DNA from: Pseudomonas phage vB_Paer_PsCh
DNA: 64,000 nucleotides
Reading direction: 5' to 3' (one strand)
Sequence record: OM870969.1
How positions within the stretch are numbered: position 1 is the stretch's first letter; every line of letters begins with the position of its first letter. Positions 28,590-37,393 of this stretch are shown one piece after another. The position numbers were made by a program, and so were the translations under genes. The notes under the pieces were generated by a model. It did no database searches and was not told the DNA's origin. It saw only the letters and a list, made by a program, of their open reading frames with translations.

Positions 28590-28802
28590 GTGAAACAAGG
28601 TACTGATTTGATCGCTAAAGCAAATTTCACCGCCCGACTCCCGGGAGCTAAGCGGGGGATTTCGGTCAAGCCGGGAGATAAATTCTGGGTAACTACTCCG
28701 TCCTACAGTAACACCGATTTCGTAGGCGTAGCGAGGAAAGGCAAAACAACCTCCTACCTTTTCACTGCTAAGGATGTACAAACTCTTTTCGAAGCAGTAT
28801 AA
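28590..28802 (+). CDS. hypothetical protein (70 aa, GTG start)
   Basis: Track ORF 28551..28802 would begin inside the promoter -10. GTG 28590 behind RBS AAGAGG is the realistic start. Confidence 0.4.
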   Translation: MKQGTDLIAKANFTARLPGAKRGISVKPGDKFWVTTPSYSNTDFVGVARKGKTTSYLFTAKDVQTLFEAV

Positions 28803-28848
28803 CCTTCAGACCCACTCAACCAACGCTTGACAATACAGGAGATTTAAA

Positions 28849-28995
28849 ATGGCACGTTCTATCAAGGCTTCCGACTTCGATTCCGCTTACCAGTTCGAGG
28901 CCGCCAAACGTTCCGAACGTAAAGAGTCCCGCAAATCGCGTGACAATCGCAAAGCGAGCCGAGGCCGAGCTTTCGACTTCAGTAGCGATATGTAA
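28849..28995 (+). CDS. small basic protein (48 aa)
   Basis: RBS CAGGAG. Confidence 0.3.
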   Translation: MARSIKASDFDSAYQFEAAKRSERKESRKSRDNRKASRGRAFDFSSDM

Positions 28996-29231
28996 GGTTT
29001 GTGCCCTGCCGGCAGGCTTAAATGCCGGCAATCCTAAGCCCATTCGTCGAGTGGTTTTAGGATTCTCAACCCCAGCGGAGATACCAAAAATGGTTCGTCA
29101 ATGCGTACCGTGTCCCGATGCTCGCCATGCTTTTTGCCTTGCATGGTTGTTCGCCATGCCGGAGTTCGCCGGTCTGCCTGCTCAAAAGGACATAAAACTC
29201 TTTAAGACTTCGGGACAGTGGGCGGTATGTT

Positions 29232-29615
29232 ATGGCTAGACGGCAGCGGCTCCCGTCGTGGGTTCAAGACCAGACCGAGGATGAAACGCCGCTGAGGGAT
29301 AGGATAGACCCCTACCTTAGCAAGCTTGGCGAAGTCGATAAGCTAGAGGGACAATTGCGACGGGTCAGGGATGCAACGGACCCGGACGAATACAACGAAA
29401 TGGCTAAGGTACTAAAAGCCCGACGCCGGAAGATAATGAAGCAACGTGCCCGGGCCTACGGTCTGCCAGAGGATGAGCCTACCAATGTCCAAGGGTACAG
29501 CGTACCGGAAGAGGTTCACCGTAGAGCCATCCTGTTAAGCAGTGTAAAACCTTGGATGTTCTGGACCATCCTGTCTTTCTCGATTTTTGTGTGGTTTGTT
29601 TTGAAAAACAGTTGA
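29232..29615 (+). CDS. hypothetical protein with C-terminal TM helix
   Basis: TM segment WMFWTILSFSIFVWFVL at the C-terminus. Confidence 0.45.
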   Translation: MARRQRLPSWVQDQTEDETPLRDRIDPYLSKLGEVDKLEGQLRRVRDATDPDEYNEMAKVLKARRRKIMKQRARAYGLPEDEPTNVQGYSVPEEVHRRAILLSSVKPWMFWTILSFSIFVWFVLKNS

Positions 29616-29639
29616 CAAGGTTCCCGCCTCCTGTAGAAT
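29612..29639 (+). promoter_or_regulatory. early promoter cassette copy C (TTGACA-16-TAGAAT), degenerate spacer without palindrome
   Basis: GTTGACAAGGTTCCCGCCTCCTGTAGAATGGTCAGCAAGAAAGG. Confidence 0.55.
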
Positions 29640-29690
29640 GGTCAGCAAGAAAGGCGGACAGGCCGCCTAGCTAGACAAAGGACAACCGTC

Positions 29691-30362
29691 ATGAACTTCA
29701 CTCTCAATCTCGTTTCCAAAAACAGCAAAACTGGTCCCATGCCTGTCAGCACGTCTCATAACGGCACCTGCCCGGATGCCTGCCCTCTCAAGGCTAAAGG
29801 CTGCTATGCCGCTTATGGGCCTACTGCTATTCACTGGAAAAAGCTAAGCAAGGGTGAACGTGGCGTAGAGTGGAAAGAGTTCCTTAAGCAAGTGCGGTCT
29901 ATCTCCCGTGGGGATTTGTGGCGTCATAATCAAGCTGGCGATCTCGTGGGTCAGGATGACGTTATCGATGGGATCGCCCTGATGGAACTGGTGAAAGCTA
30001 ACAAAGGGCGTCGAGGCTTCACCTATACGCACTACCCGATGAACAATTTCATGAACCGCCAGCACGTATTGTCGGCCAATCGTAGCGGCTTCACTATCAA
30101 CCTGTCGGGCAACAATGTAGCGCACGCCGATGAACTGGCCGACCTGAACATCGCCCCTGTAGTGACTATTCTCCCGATGGACGCGGAGAATGTAAGCTTT
30201 ACGCCGAAAGGACGTAAAGTGGTAGCTTGTCCGGCTGAGAAAAGCGACAAGGTGAATTGTAAGTCGTGCGGCTTGTGCCAAGTGGCCGACCGGGAGTATA
30301 TTATCGGCTTCCGTGCCCACGGCACAGCAAAGAAAACTGTCGATCTCATTGCTAAGGGTTAA
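29691..30362 (+). CDS. hypothetical protein (223 aa), Cys-rich N-terminus
   Basis: CPDACPLKAKGCYA motif. Largest ORF in the early array. Confidence 0.5.
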   Translation: MNFTLNLVSKNSKTGPMPVSTSHNGTCPDACPLKAKGCYAAYGPTAIHWKKLSKGERGVEWKEFLKQVRSISRGDLWRHNQAGDLVGQDDVIDGIALMELVKANKGRRGFTYTHYPMNNFMNRQHVLSANRSGFTINLSGNNVAHADELADLNIAPVVTILPMDAENVSFTPKGRKVVACPAEKSDKVNCKSCGLCQVADREYIIGFRAHGTAKKTVDLIAKG

Positions 30363-30366
30363 CACA

Positions 30367-30705
30367 ATGGACGAATCTGTTTACGCACCATTCAATCAGT
30401 GTAAGATGATGGGCCTAGAACGAACCGTGCGGAGCCTAGCGGCTCCAAACGGATGCAAGGTAGTCTTGTATCAGGATCACAAGAACAAGCACAGAATTGT
30501 CGTATATGACGCTCTAGGGCAGGGTATGTCCGGGGTCATGGTGCAAGCAGATGGGGAGATTCATTACAAGGAAACTCGCAAGGCTAGCCAAGGGCAAAAC
30601 CTGACAAGGCAACTACAAGCCCAACTGACCGCATGGGGAGTGAAGTGGTTTCCCTCTCAGTATCAGACAACGGCAGGTGCGGCTTGCTACAAAGGAGACC
30701 GGTAA
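30367..30705 (+). CDS. hypothetical protein (112 aa)
   Basis: Start moved to ATG 30367, in frame with track ORF 30313. Confidence 0.4.
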   Translation: MDESVYAPFNQCKMMGLERTVRSLAAPNGCKVVLYQDHKNKHRIVVYDALGQGMSGVMVQADGEIHYKETRKASQGQNLTRQLQAQLTAWGVKWFPSQYQTTAGAACYKGDR

Positions 30706-31073
30706 TGCGACAGCTTAATAAATCCCAGCTAAAGGCCTTGGGGCCTAAGATCGATCTAGCTCTAGAGTTAGCCGCGACTGGTCGAGGTGAACTAATGAAT
30801 GGCTACGGCTCTACCTGCTACATTTCAAACAAGGCTGGCCATAATATCCTTCGAGTGAGCTACCATAACTCCCGATTCGTTGTGTACGGTAACGAGAGCG
30901 TCCGGGTTACCGGGACCGCCTTGCAGGCTTGGATGGAGTGGAAAGGCATTAATCTGGCAGCCATCGCGTCTGTTAGTGAGTATGGGTATCATCCTAACCT
31001 GAGCATCGGTCACAATGACGCTCTTAAGACTCTCAAGGCTATTGAGAGCTACCAACGGGAGCCCGTCCAGTGA
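30705..31073 (+). CDS. hypothetical protein (122 aa)
   Basis: Start moved to ATG 30705 with RBS AGGAGACCGG. Confidence 0.45.
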   Translation: MRQLNKSQLKALGPKIDLALELAATGRGELMNGYGSTCYISNKAGHNILRVSYHNSRFVVYGNESVRVTGTALQAWMEWKGINLAAIASVSEYGYHPNLSIGHNDALKTLKAIESYQREPVQ

Positions 31074-31342
31074 CGGCCTCCTACTCCGTAGACAAGCGGG
31101 GACAGCGCTGGGCTGTTATCCGAACGGAACTCAGCTTTCGAGGTGAAAGAGTCACCGTGATGGGGTTTTGTGTAGACCGGGCCCATGCTCTGAAAACGGT
31201 AGCCAAATTCAAAGCTTGGCAAGCGCAAGGCTGGCCCTACACTCTGAAAGACGACAGAAAAATAAAGCTTGACAGCTTAGGCCATTCCTGTAGAATGGCC
31301 CTCAAGCAAGACAAACCAGCCATCAGGAGGCTAGAAAAATGA
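31070..31342 (+). CDS. hypothetical protein (90 aa) whose 3' end reads through promoter copy D
   Basis: GTGA overlap at the start. The last ~25 codons are encoded by the promoter/leader sequence. Confidence 0.4.
   Translation: MTASYSVDKRGQRWAVIRTELSFRGERVTVMGFCVDRAHALKTVAKFKAWQAQGWPYTLKDDRKIKLDSLGHSCRMALKQDKPAIRRLEK
31269..31300 (+). promoter_or_regulatory. early promoter cassette copy D with palindrome
   Basis: AAGCTTGACAGCTTAGGCCATTCCTGTAGAATGGCCCTCAAGCAAGACAAACC. Palindrome at 31280-31300. Confidence 0.7.
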
Positions 31343-31533
31343 AAGCTGTAGCTCAGTTCAAAAGTGAAGATTACGCAAGCGGTGATAGCCGCACTGCCAC
31401 CGTTTACGAAGACGTTTATGGCTGCTACATCGTGAGCGTTTTCGGAACTAGCTTGAGCGAACCCATTGCCTTCCATTGGGGCCCGTTCGAGGATAAAGAA
31501 TCCGCAATCGATGGCGCTAAGTCTGCTATCTAA
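31339..31533 (+). CDS. hypothetical protein (64 aa)
   Basis: RBS AGGAGG. Confidence 0.4.
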   Translation: MKAVAQFKSEDYASGDSRTATVYEDVYGCYIVSVFGTSLSEPIAFHWGPFEDKESAIDGAKSAI

Positions 31534-31550
31534 TCAAAAGGGACTACAGA

Positions 31551-31865
31551 ATGAAAATCTCCGCTATCCTGAAAAACAACCTGAAGTTTTACAAGAACAA
31601 TTCGTTCATGTGCGGTCTGGTGACCGACTACGGCGGTATTTCGTGCTGCGAGTCAATGAAAGCCAAGGAGTTTATTCAGGGTTTGTTAGGGCGCTATGCC
31701 ACCTTGCACGCTAAGCTTATGAAAGAGGTGCCGGGTTACGAAAGAGCCGTATATGATGATGAGCTAGAGAGTGAATACTCCTTCTTTGTATCGGATAGGG
31801 CCTATCAGATGCGTTGCTTGTGGTGGGAAACCGTCATTGCACAGCTAGAGGAACAAGGGAAATGA
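31551..31865 (+). CDS. hypothetical protein (104 aa)
   Basis: RBS AAAGGGAC. Confidence 0.45.
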   Translation: MKISAILKNNLKFYKNNSFMCGLVTDYGGISCCESMKAKEFIQGLLGRYATLHAKLMKEVPGYERAVYDDELESEYSFFVSDRAYQMRCLWWETVIAQLEEQGK

Positions 31866-32086
31866 CTCAAGCTAACTGGAGCAAAGGCGTCCGGGTTGTC
31901 GGCGGAAAGCGGGACGGTGAGATTACCCTGTTCACAAGCGCTCACTTCAGCGAGGCGCTGGGAATGTCAGGCGGCGACCCTGAACTGGTGGAAGCTCTGC
32001 CCATGCCTGCGGCGCTTCGTTTGCTGGTCAAATGGAACAAACTATGCCGACAAATGAAGCTTGACTACCGCTACGAACTGCTGTAG
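31862..32086 (+). CDS. hypothetical protein (74 aa)
   Basis: Start moved to ATG 31862 (ATGA overlap). Confidence 0.4.
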   Translation: MTQANWSKGVRVVGGKRDGEITLFTSAHFSEALGMSGGDPELVEALPMPAALRLLVKWNKLCRQMKLDYRYELL

Positions 32087-32118
32087 GCTACAGTCTCAAT
32101 CAGAACAGGAATGAACCA

Positions 32119-32385
32119 ATGTCGATTCTAGCTCTAACCCTAACCCTTTGCTCTGCTGTCCAGTGTGACGACTACATTATCGATCACGCGCTCCCGGGAC
32201 AAGCCGCAGAGTGCAATGCTCGGCTAGTGGAAGAGGCCGATGAGTTCGGTGATGCTTGGGTGGCGACTAATGCCGATACCCGCCTGACCCGATACCTTAG
32301 CCGATTCAATATTCAGGTTGACCCGCGCTTTGTTTTCGATTACGATTTCACCTGTCAACTGATCGCAGAGGATGAACTGCCATGA
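32119..32385 (+). CDS. hypothetical protein (88 aa)
   Basis: RBS ACAGGAATG. Confidence 0.4.
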   Translation: MSILALTLTLCSAVQCDDYIIDHALPGQAAECNARLVEEADEFGDAWVATNADTRLTRYLSRFNIQVDPRFVFDYDFTCQLIAEDELP

Positions 32386-32774
32386 TCGCTCCACATATCA
32401 CCAATAAACAATCGCAGCAACGCGCCGCCATCATCATTCGCCGAGTGAAATACTACGAAAGCCGCTGGCTGCGCACGGTGACTTTCTTCGTAGGAGAGTG
32501 CAGCGAGAATATAACCGAACGTTTCGCCTATCTGCGGCACGCCGAGGAGCAAATGACCAAGCTGAAGGCTGAGTTTGCAGCCTTCCCGGTAGAGCATCGG
32601 TTGAAGGCTCTCGGTTGGATCAACTGGAATACCTACAATGATGGCCTACTAGAGGAGTGGATTCACCCGGACAGTGACCGAGCCATCATGCTAGAGTATG
32701 ACAGCACAACTTGGCGGCCAGAGGCTTGCTGGGAAACCAAGGTTGACTCACTCTCGAAACTAGCAATGCTGTAA
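32382..32774 (+). CDS. hypothetical protein (130 aa)
   Basis: ATGA overlap. Confidence 0.45.
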   Translation: MIAPHITNKQSQQRAAIIIRRVKYYESRWLRTVTFFVGECSENITERFAYLRHAEEQMTKLKAEFAAFPVEHRLKALGWINWNTYNDGLLEEWIHPDSDRAIMLEYDSTTWRPEACWETKVDSLSKLAML

Positions 32775-32780
32775 AATAAT

Positions 32781-32830
32781 GCCCGTCAGGCTGAAATAAT
32801 GCTTGACGGGCGTTTTTGTACCTGTAGAAT
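32781..32830 (+). promoter_or_regulatory. terminator-promoter fusion (copy E): hairpin GCCCGTCAGG...CTTGACGGGC + TTTTT, with TTGACG-16-TAGAAT embedded
   Basis: The -35 TTGACG (32803-32808) forms the 3' arm of the terminator stem. TAGAAT at 32825-32830. Confidence 0.55.
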
Positions 32831-32888
32831 AGGCCTCAAGAAAGGAAAACAGCCGAAAGGCTCAATCTGAAACCCGGAGATCGATAAA

Positions 32889-33473
32889 ATGCTGCTAGTT
32901 CATGGGACCACTGCAAAAGGCCTGAAAGCTATCATGAACCGTCAAGGCAAGGAAGGATTGGCCGCACCTTGGGACGTTTCGGATCATGATGGAATGTCAT
33001 ACTTTTACAACGTGAACAAGGCTATGGAATGGCACGATGAAGAAGAGTATGCTAAAGCGGAATGCATTATCCGTTGCCTAGAACAGGCTCAATTACAGCA
33101 AGCTATGATGGCCGAAGGCGGTAAAATCTACGCTCTGGTTGTCGATATCCCCGAAGAGTTTCAGGACCGCGTAGAAGATGATTATTCGTGCCCTAACGCC
33201 AGTAATGAAGCTAGCTGTTTTCCAGAGGATAACTTTGATCCATCATGGATTGTAGAAGTGTATGAGGCAGAGGTGAGTGTATGGGCCATCCCTTTCATCG
33301 TAGCTGGAATCTCAGGTAATTCTATGTTCCAATCCCACCAACTACCTGACAAACTGGTGGCGATAGCGGAGTCGGTGGCACGGTCCAGTGACATAGACAC
33401 ATACGAAGCTTTCGAGATAGACCATTCACAGGTGGAGCTGTCAATTCTCGAACATTTCAAAGATAACGCTTGA
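32889..33473 (+). CDS. strongly acidic protein (194 aa), candidate DNA-mimic/anti-restriction type
   Basis: Asp/Glu-rich throughout (DIPEEFQDRVEDDY...EDNFDPS...); early-region position. Confidence 0.45.
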   Translation: MLLVHGTTAKGLKAIMNRQGKEGLAAPWDVSDHDGMSYFYNVNKAMEWHDEEEYAKAECIIRCLEQAQLQQAMMAEGGKIYALVVDIPEEFQDRVEDDYSCPNASNEASCFPEDNFDPSWIVEVYEAEVSVWAIPFIVAGISGNSMFQSHQLPDKLVAIAESVARSSDIDTYEAFEIDHSQVELSILEHFKDNA

Positions 33474-33497
33474 CAGTCTAGCCACCTAGCGTAGAAT
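33470..33497 (+). promoter_or_regulatory. early promoter copy F (TTGACA-16-TAGAAT), divergent spacer
   Basis: CGCTTGACAGTCTAGCCACCTAGCGTAGAATGCCTAGCC. Confidence 0.55.
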
Positions 33498-33544
33498 GCC
33501 TAGCCAAGGGGTGCATAAGCGCCCCACTCAAAAGGATACAGAAA

Positions 33545-33790
33545 ATGGCCATCGTTGATCGAACCGCAGGTAATGAAAGCCCGAATCACTGCTACATCGT
33601 CACTGGTAGCATTGGACCAGAGTTTGAGCCGACTCTGTTCACTACCCATGCGCTGGCAAAGAAGTATGCTGAGCAGATAGTGAAATACGGCAAGGCAAAT
33701 GATGTTTTCCCGCCTTTTACGCCTGTTATCGAGACTCGCCACAAGGCGGATATGCATCGGTTCACCATTCACAACAAAATCCCCGAATAG
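33545..33790 (+). CDS. hypothetical protein (81 aa)
   Basis: RBS AAAGGATACAG. Confidence 0.45.
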   Translation: MAIVDRTAGNESPNHCYIVTGSIGPEFEPTLFTTHALAKKYAEQIVKYGKANDVFPPFTPVIETRHKADMHRFTIHNKIPE

Positions 33791-33801
33791 GAGACGTATC
33801 T

Positions 33802-34131
33802 ATGAAACTTTCTGAAATTTTCCAAAAAGGCCTGAACTATGCAATTGAGTACGGAATGCCGTGGTATATGTGCATCCGTCTCCGGGAGATTCATTTGTTC
33901 CCCTCGCCCGTTGAAATGGCAGTTAACTCGGTCATGATGTCTGCCGGTATCTCATCAACCCCAGAGGGATGCGAATTCGCCGGCGTTGATGACTATTTCG
34001 AGGAAAGCGGCCTAGCAGCCGCATACAAAATGAACAATCAGGAAATGTCCGAATACGGGCGCTCATCCTACGCAATGTGGGTGCAATTTTGGTTCTTCGT
34101 AATCTTTGACTTAGCCCGAAAAGGGCAGTAG
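33802..34131 (+). CDS. hypothetical protein (109 aa)
   Basis: RBS AGGAGACG. Confidence 0.45.
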   Translation: MKLSEIFQKGLNYAIEYGMPWYMCIRLREIHLFPSPVEMAVNSVMMSAGISSTPEGCEFAGVDDYFEESGLAAAYKMNNQEMSEYGRSSYAMWVQFWFFVIFDLARKGQ

Positions 34132-34166
34132 AATAGCCGGCAGATAATGTGATCTAAGGGACGATC

Positions 34167-34628
34167 ATGAAAGACAAGACTGTAGTTTATCGAATCGAGT
34201 GCAAGAACGGCGAGGGCCCTTATGTTAACGGGTGCATGACGAATTCGTCTTCCACTCCAGAGCGGCCTGTCCCTGAGCATGACGGGATACCAGATGTTCG
34301 CTATTTTGAGTTCTTCGCCTTCACGTCCCCTAGGCAGCTAGACGATTGGTTTGGCGATGAATACGATGTGCTGTCCTTCTATTCTACCGCACGGATCAGA
34401 GTCTATGAGGTAGACAAGCAACATGTAAGAGTCGGCATCCGGCAATGTGTATTCCGCAAGGCGGAAGCTGATTGCGTCCAAGAGGTGAGCATAGACCAAT
34501 GGGTTAGCATGGTACGCGCCGGACTATTGTCCGCCTCGGTCACACAAACTGTAGCTCCACGTCCTACCGAGCAATTGTCCCTAGACCTAGGGATGACTCG
34601 GCCTGCGAAGCTTCGAAAGAAATTTTGA
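34167..34628 (+). CDS. hypothetical protein (153 aa)
   Basis: RBS AAGGGACG. Confidence 0.45.
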   Translation: MKDKTVVYRIECKNGEGPYVNGCMTNSSSTPERPVPEHDGIPDVRYFEFFAFTSPRQLDDWFGDEYDVLSFYSTARIRVYEVDKQHVRVGIRQCVFRKAEADCVQEVSIDQWVSMVRAGLLSASVTQTVAPRPTEQLSLDLGMTRPAKLRKKF

Positions 34629-34647
34629 AAATGTTCGGTCTGTAGGG

Positions 34648-34679
34648 TTGACAGCTTGGGCCATTCGCGTAGAATGGCC
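34648..34679 (+). promoter_or_regulatory. early promoter cassette copy G with palindrome variant GGCCATTCGCGTAGAATGGCC
   Basis: GGGTTGACAGCTTGGGCCATTCGCGTAGAATGGCCCTCAAGCAAGACAAACC. Confidence 0.7.
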
Positions 34680-34731
34680 CTCAAGCAAGACAAACCGCCG
34701 GCAGGCAAAACCACAAACCCGGAGACTCACC

Positions 34732-35259
34732 ATGAACAAGCCAATGAACACTTTCGCATACGCCCACTACGTCGCCCGCATGGACAAGGCCTCTGGCACT
34801 AGCCTGCCCTACGCCACCCTGTTCCGCATCGCCCTGCGTAACGCCTACCGCAAGCCGGGTGTCCGCCAGTACGATTGTGCAGCACTCGTCGAGGATATCA
34901 AAGCGCGTGAACTGGTCCAAAAGCGCATTCGGGCTGAAAAAGCAGTAGTGATGGCGGCAGTAATGCGTGCAATCCGTACCGGCTTCACCGTGAGCGTGAA
35001 GGATGGCAGCGACGGTGAATGGGTAGTGAAGAAGTCTACCGATATCAAGGAAATCTCTGACAGCCTACAATCGACCGATGAGGATATCATCCGCTTCCGC
35101 AAGGGTGACGGCCCGGACAACATCGTCGGCTCTATGTGGGCAATCTACGGTAACAGCGCTGGCGAAGTGATCGCCGACTGGACCGAAAACGCCACCATGG
35201 CCATGATTATGGCTCCCGCAGAACGCAAGATGGAAAAATACGCTGAATTAGGTATCTAA
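34732..35259 (+). CDS. hypothetical protein (175 aa)
   Basis: Start moved to ATG 34732. Track ORF 34648 begins inside the promoter. Confidence 0.45.
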   Translation: MNKPMNTFAYAHYVARMDKASGTSLPYATLFRIALRNAYRKPGVRQYDCAALVEDIKARELVQKRIRAEKAVVMAAVMRAIRTGFTVSVKDGSDGEWVVKKSTDIKEISDSLQSTDEDIIRFRKGDGPDNIVGSMWAIYGNSAGEVIADWTENATMAMIMAPAERKMEKYAELGI

Positions 35260-35262
35260 TGC

Positions 35263-35291
35263 TTGACGGGGCCCGAAAAGGGCCCCATAAT
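35263..35291 (+). promoter_or_regulatory. promoter copy H (TTGACG-17-CATAAT) with perfect hairpin GGGGCCCGAAAAGGGCCCC in spacer
   Basis: The hairpin may double as a terminator for the upstream gene. Confidence 0.45.
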
Positions 35292-35327
35292 GCACCCACA
35301 TCAGCAAACAACATCAGGACTGACCCG

Positions 35328-35540
35328 ATGAGCCAGATCAAAATCCAAGAGTATATCGTAGCCGAGATCAAGGTTAACCATTGCGCTCATCTGCGCAAGG
35401 GCCAGACCATCCAAGCCCGCGATGCTCGTAGCAGTGAAAAGTGGATTGCATTCATGGTGGAACGCGGGTATAGTGCCTCTGAAGCCGCTATCCTGTTCAA
35501 AGATGCACATGATGTGGCAATTCTCGAACTGGCAGCCTAA
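35328..35540 (+). CDS. hypothetical protein (70 aa)
   Basis: Start moved to ATG 35328, downstream of promoter H. Confidence 0.35.
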   Translation: MSQIKIQEYIVAEIKVNHCAHLRKGQTIQARDARSSEKWIAFMVERGYSASEAAILFKDAHDVAILELAA

Positions 35541-35565
35541 CACTCAACCTTAATAGGAGTTACCA

Positions 35566-35871
35566 ATGTCTAATGCACCTGTCTGGACTACCGAACTTGA
35601 AAAAGCCTCTGCGGCTGAAGGCTGGTCAGTTTTCGATACAGAAGGGAGTGATAACGGTCCGTATCAAATTCAGCGGATAGATGACCCGGAAGCTTATGAA
35701 GAAGCTACGGGGGAATTGCCGCCCCGGCTAGAAAGCGATGTGGCGGCATGGCTACTCGTCTTCAACGGAAAGGGTCTGCACCATGCGGCGGCCAAGGAAT
35801 TCATCGCCCATCACAATCCGAAAGAGTGGGCCGCAATTGTCGAGTATTGCCAGCAAGGCGACGTTCTCTGA
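35566..35871 (+). CDS. hypothetical protein (101 aa)
   Basis: RBS TAGGAGTT. Confidence 0.45.
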   Translation: MSNAPVWTTELEKASAAEGWSVFDTEGSDNGPYQIQRIDDPEAYEEATGELPPRLESDVAAWLLVFNGKGLHHAAAKEFIAHHNPKEWAAIVEYCQQGDVL

Positions 35872-35993
35872 AAGCCTCTCGAAAGAAGCTACTTCACAAG
35901 ATGATAAAATACATCGCCCGGTCAGGATGGAAACCGTAACCAATTGATTATCACAGCCCCGGCAAGCCGGGGCTCACAATAGGAGATAAAAGC

Positions 35994-36446
35994 ATGAATA
36001 CCCTGATTATCCGTTTGGATTCCGCCTACAGCGTTCAAACTGTCCGTAGTTTCCTTACGGAAGCTGTAGAGAGTATTCGAAAGCATATCCGGGACTACGC
36101 GGTGCATGACGAATACGATTCGGGATTGAGCCCGGTAGCACCCAATCATCGACTTGCAATCGTCACCTTGGACGAAGATTGCCGAGTGTTTCACATTCAA
36201 TGCGAGTCACCTGATCTTTATCTGGCGAACCCTCGGATCGTGTTTACTGATGTTGAAAGCCCGGCATATACCACTCCCGTGAACGAGATCGAAGAGTATA
36301 GTTACATGACCGCATGGCAGCATATACGCCAAAAAGATATGACAGCAAAAGACTACCTGACGGATTGGTCTATCCTTTTCGCCTCAAAGGAGAATGCCAT
36401 TGATATCGACCCGCGCCCCAATCTGAAAACGCAAATCTTGCATTAA
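35994..36446 (+). CDS. hypothetical protein (150 aa)
   Basis: RBS TAGGAGATAAAA. Upstream hairpin GCCCCGGCAAGCCGGGGC. Confidence 0.45.
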   Translation: MNTLIIRLDSAYSVQTVRSFLTEAVESIRKHIRDYAVHDEYDSGLSPVAPNHRLAIVTLDEDCRVFHIQCESPDLYLANPRIVFTDVESPAYTTPVNEIEEYSYMTAWQHIRQKDMTAKDYLTDWSILFASKENAIDIDPRPNLKTQILH

Positions 36447-36460
36447 CTGAGAGAGCTAGG

Positions 36461-36691
36461 ATGAAGCTGCGAACCATATTCGAAACCTACGATTGCCGAG
36501 TTAGGTTTGTCACCATAACCGGCGTGTTTGTGGAATCTCAAATTGTGCGGAGTTTAGGTCAAGCTCAGGAGATTATATCATTCCTCTGCGATCCCGCAGA
36601 TACTGGTATCCGTCTATCCTTCTTCGACGAAGAGGAGGGCTGCGAGTCGATCCTCTGCCGATTCAACTACAAAGGAGAAATCATCAAATGA
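36461..36691 (+). CDS. hypothetical protein (76 aa)
   Basis: RBS GAGAGCTAGG. Confidence 0.4.
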   Translation: MKLRTIFETYDCRVRFVTITGVFVESQIVRSLGQAQEIISFLCDPADTGIRLSFFDEEEGCESILCRFNYKGEIIK

Positions 36692-36978
36692 ATAACAAGT
36701 ATAAGGATAACATCATTGCGGAATACTGCCATTTCGACGGCAGACGGCCAGTCCTTTCCTTGGCGGCACGATGGGTCCACTACGATAGTCGCGTTGTGAA
36801 GCTGGCAGCGCTCTTTGCCTGTGCTGGCTATGGCCGTCCGTACAAAGATTGTATTAAGGCCTACAAGGACGCCAAGCAGCGGGAAAAGGATATGCGAAAC
36901 CCTGCCAAATGGAAGCTGAGCCGAGCGACTAAGCGGGCTCTACGGGCTCGACTAGTGGCTATAGAAAAACTAGAATAA
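36688..36978 (+). CDS. hypothetical protein (96 aa)
   Basis: ATGA overlap. Confidence 0.4.
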   Translation: MNNKYKDNIIAEYCHFDGRRPVLSLAARWVHYDSRVVKLAALFACAGYGRPYKDCIKAYKDAKQREKDMRNPAKWKLSRATKRALRARLVAIEKLE

Positions 36979-36993
36979 TCCGGAAAATACCTG

Positions 36994-37023
36994 TTGACGT
37001 GAGGCTAGAGGGTTCCCTATACT
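36994..37023 (+). promoter_or_regulatory. sigma70-type promoter (TTGACG-18-TATACT)
   Basis: Lies ahead of gene 37074. Confidence 0.45.
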
Positions 37024-37073
37024 GTGCCTATCGAGACGCACAAGGCGTCTCCTAAGCTAGAAGGACTAGCAAA

Positions 37074-37340
37074 ATGGCAAAGGCAAATCTGAAGTTCTCC
37101 CGCATTGGCAATGACGGCTACGACTACGCCCGCAGGGAAGACGGGGTTTGGTTTGTCAGAGAAGGGTACTACGGGCGGTACGGCTGGGCTAAAACCAAAT
37201 GGACTCAAGTTCAACCCGGAGATGGCATGACTATAGTTAACGCCTGCCTGAAGGCTCACGAAGCTGGAAGCTCCAGCACATACATCGGATTCGGGAATCT
37301 GGTGGTATTCTCCGACGGGAAGGGGCTCCGTTTACCCTGA
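37074..37340 (+). CDS. hypothetical protein (88 aa)
   Basis: RBS AAGGACTAGCAAA. Confidence 0.45.
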   Translation: MAKANLKFSRIGNDGYDYARREDGVWFVREGYYGRYGWAKTKWTQVQPGDGMTIVNACLKAHEAGSSSTYIGFGNLVVFSDGKGLRLP

Positions 37341-37361
37341 ACAGGAACTCAAATAAAGTTG

Positions 37362-37393
37362 TTGACAGCTTAGGCCATTCCTGTAGAATGGCC
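37362..37393 (+). promoter_or_regulatory. early promoter cassette copy I with palindrome
   Basis: GTTGACAGCTTAGGCCATTCCTGTAGAATGGCCATCAAGCAAAGGGAATCGCCCTGAGCA. Palindrome at 37373-37393. Confidence 0.7.

Noticed and set aside
28551-28802. Annotated start of ORF 28551..28802 and of 34648..35259, 35259..35540, 30313..30705, 27669..28013 and 24062..24313
   Set aside because: These starts fall inside promoter -10 elements or overlap the upstream gene in another frame. I moved them to the first in-frame start behind an RBS (28590, 34732, 35328, 30367, 27780, 24113).
28940-29239. ORF 28940..29239 (99 aa)
   Set aside because: It overlaps the better-supported small gene 28849..28995 in another frame. 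Only a possible short version from ATG 29090 (RBS GGAGATACC) is plausible.
35748-35947. ORFs 35738..35947 and 35748..35939 (+) and 35752..35943 (-)
   Set aside because: They overlap the 3' end of 35566..35871 in other frames and have no RBS.
26978-37393. Possibility that the repeated 40-bp cassette is a CRISPR array
   Set aside because: Copies are 1.5-3 kb apart with genes between them. They carry -35/-10 hexamers with correct spacing and sit immediately ahead of ORFs.
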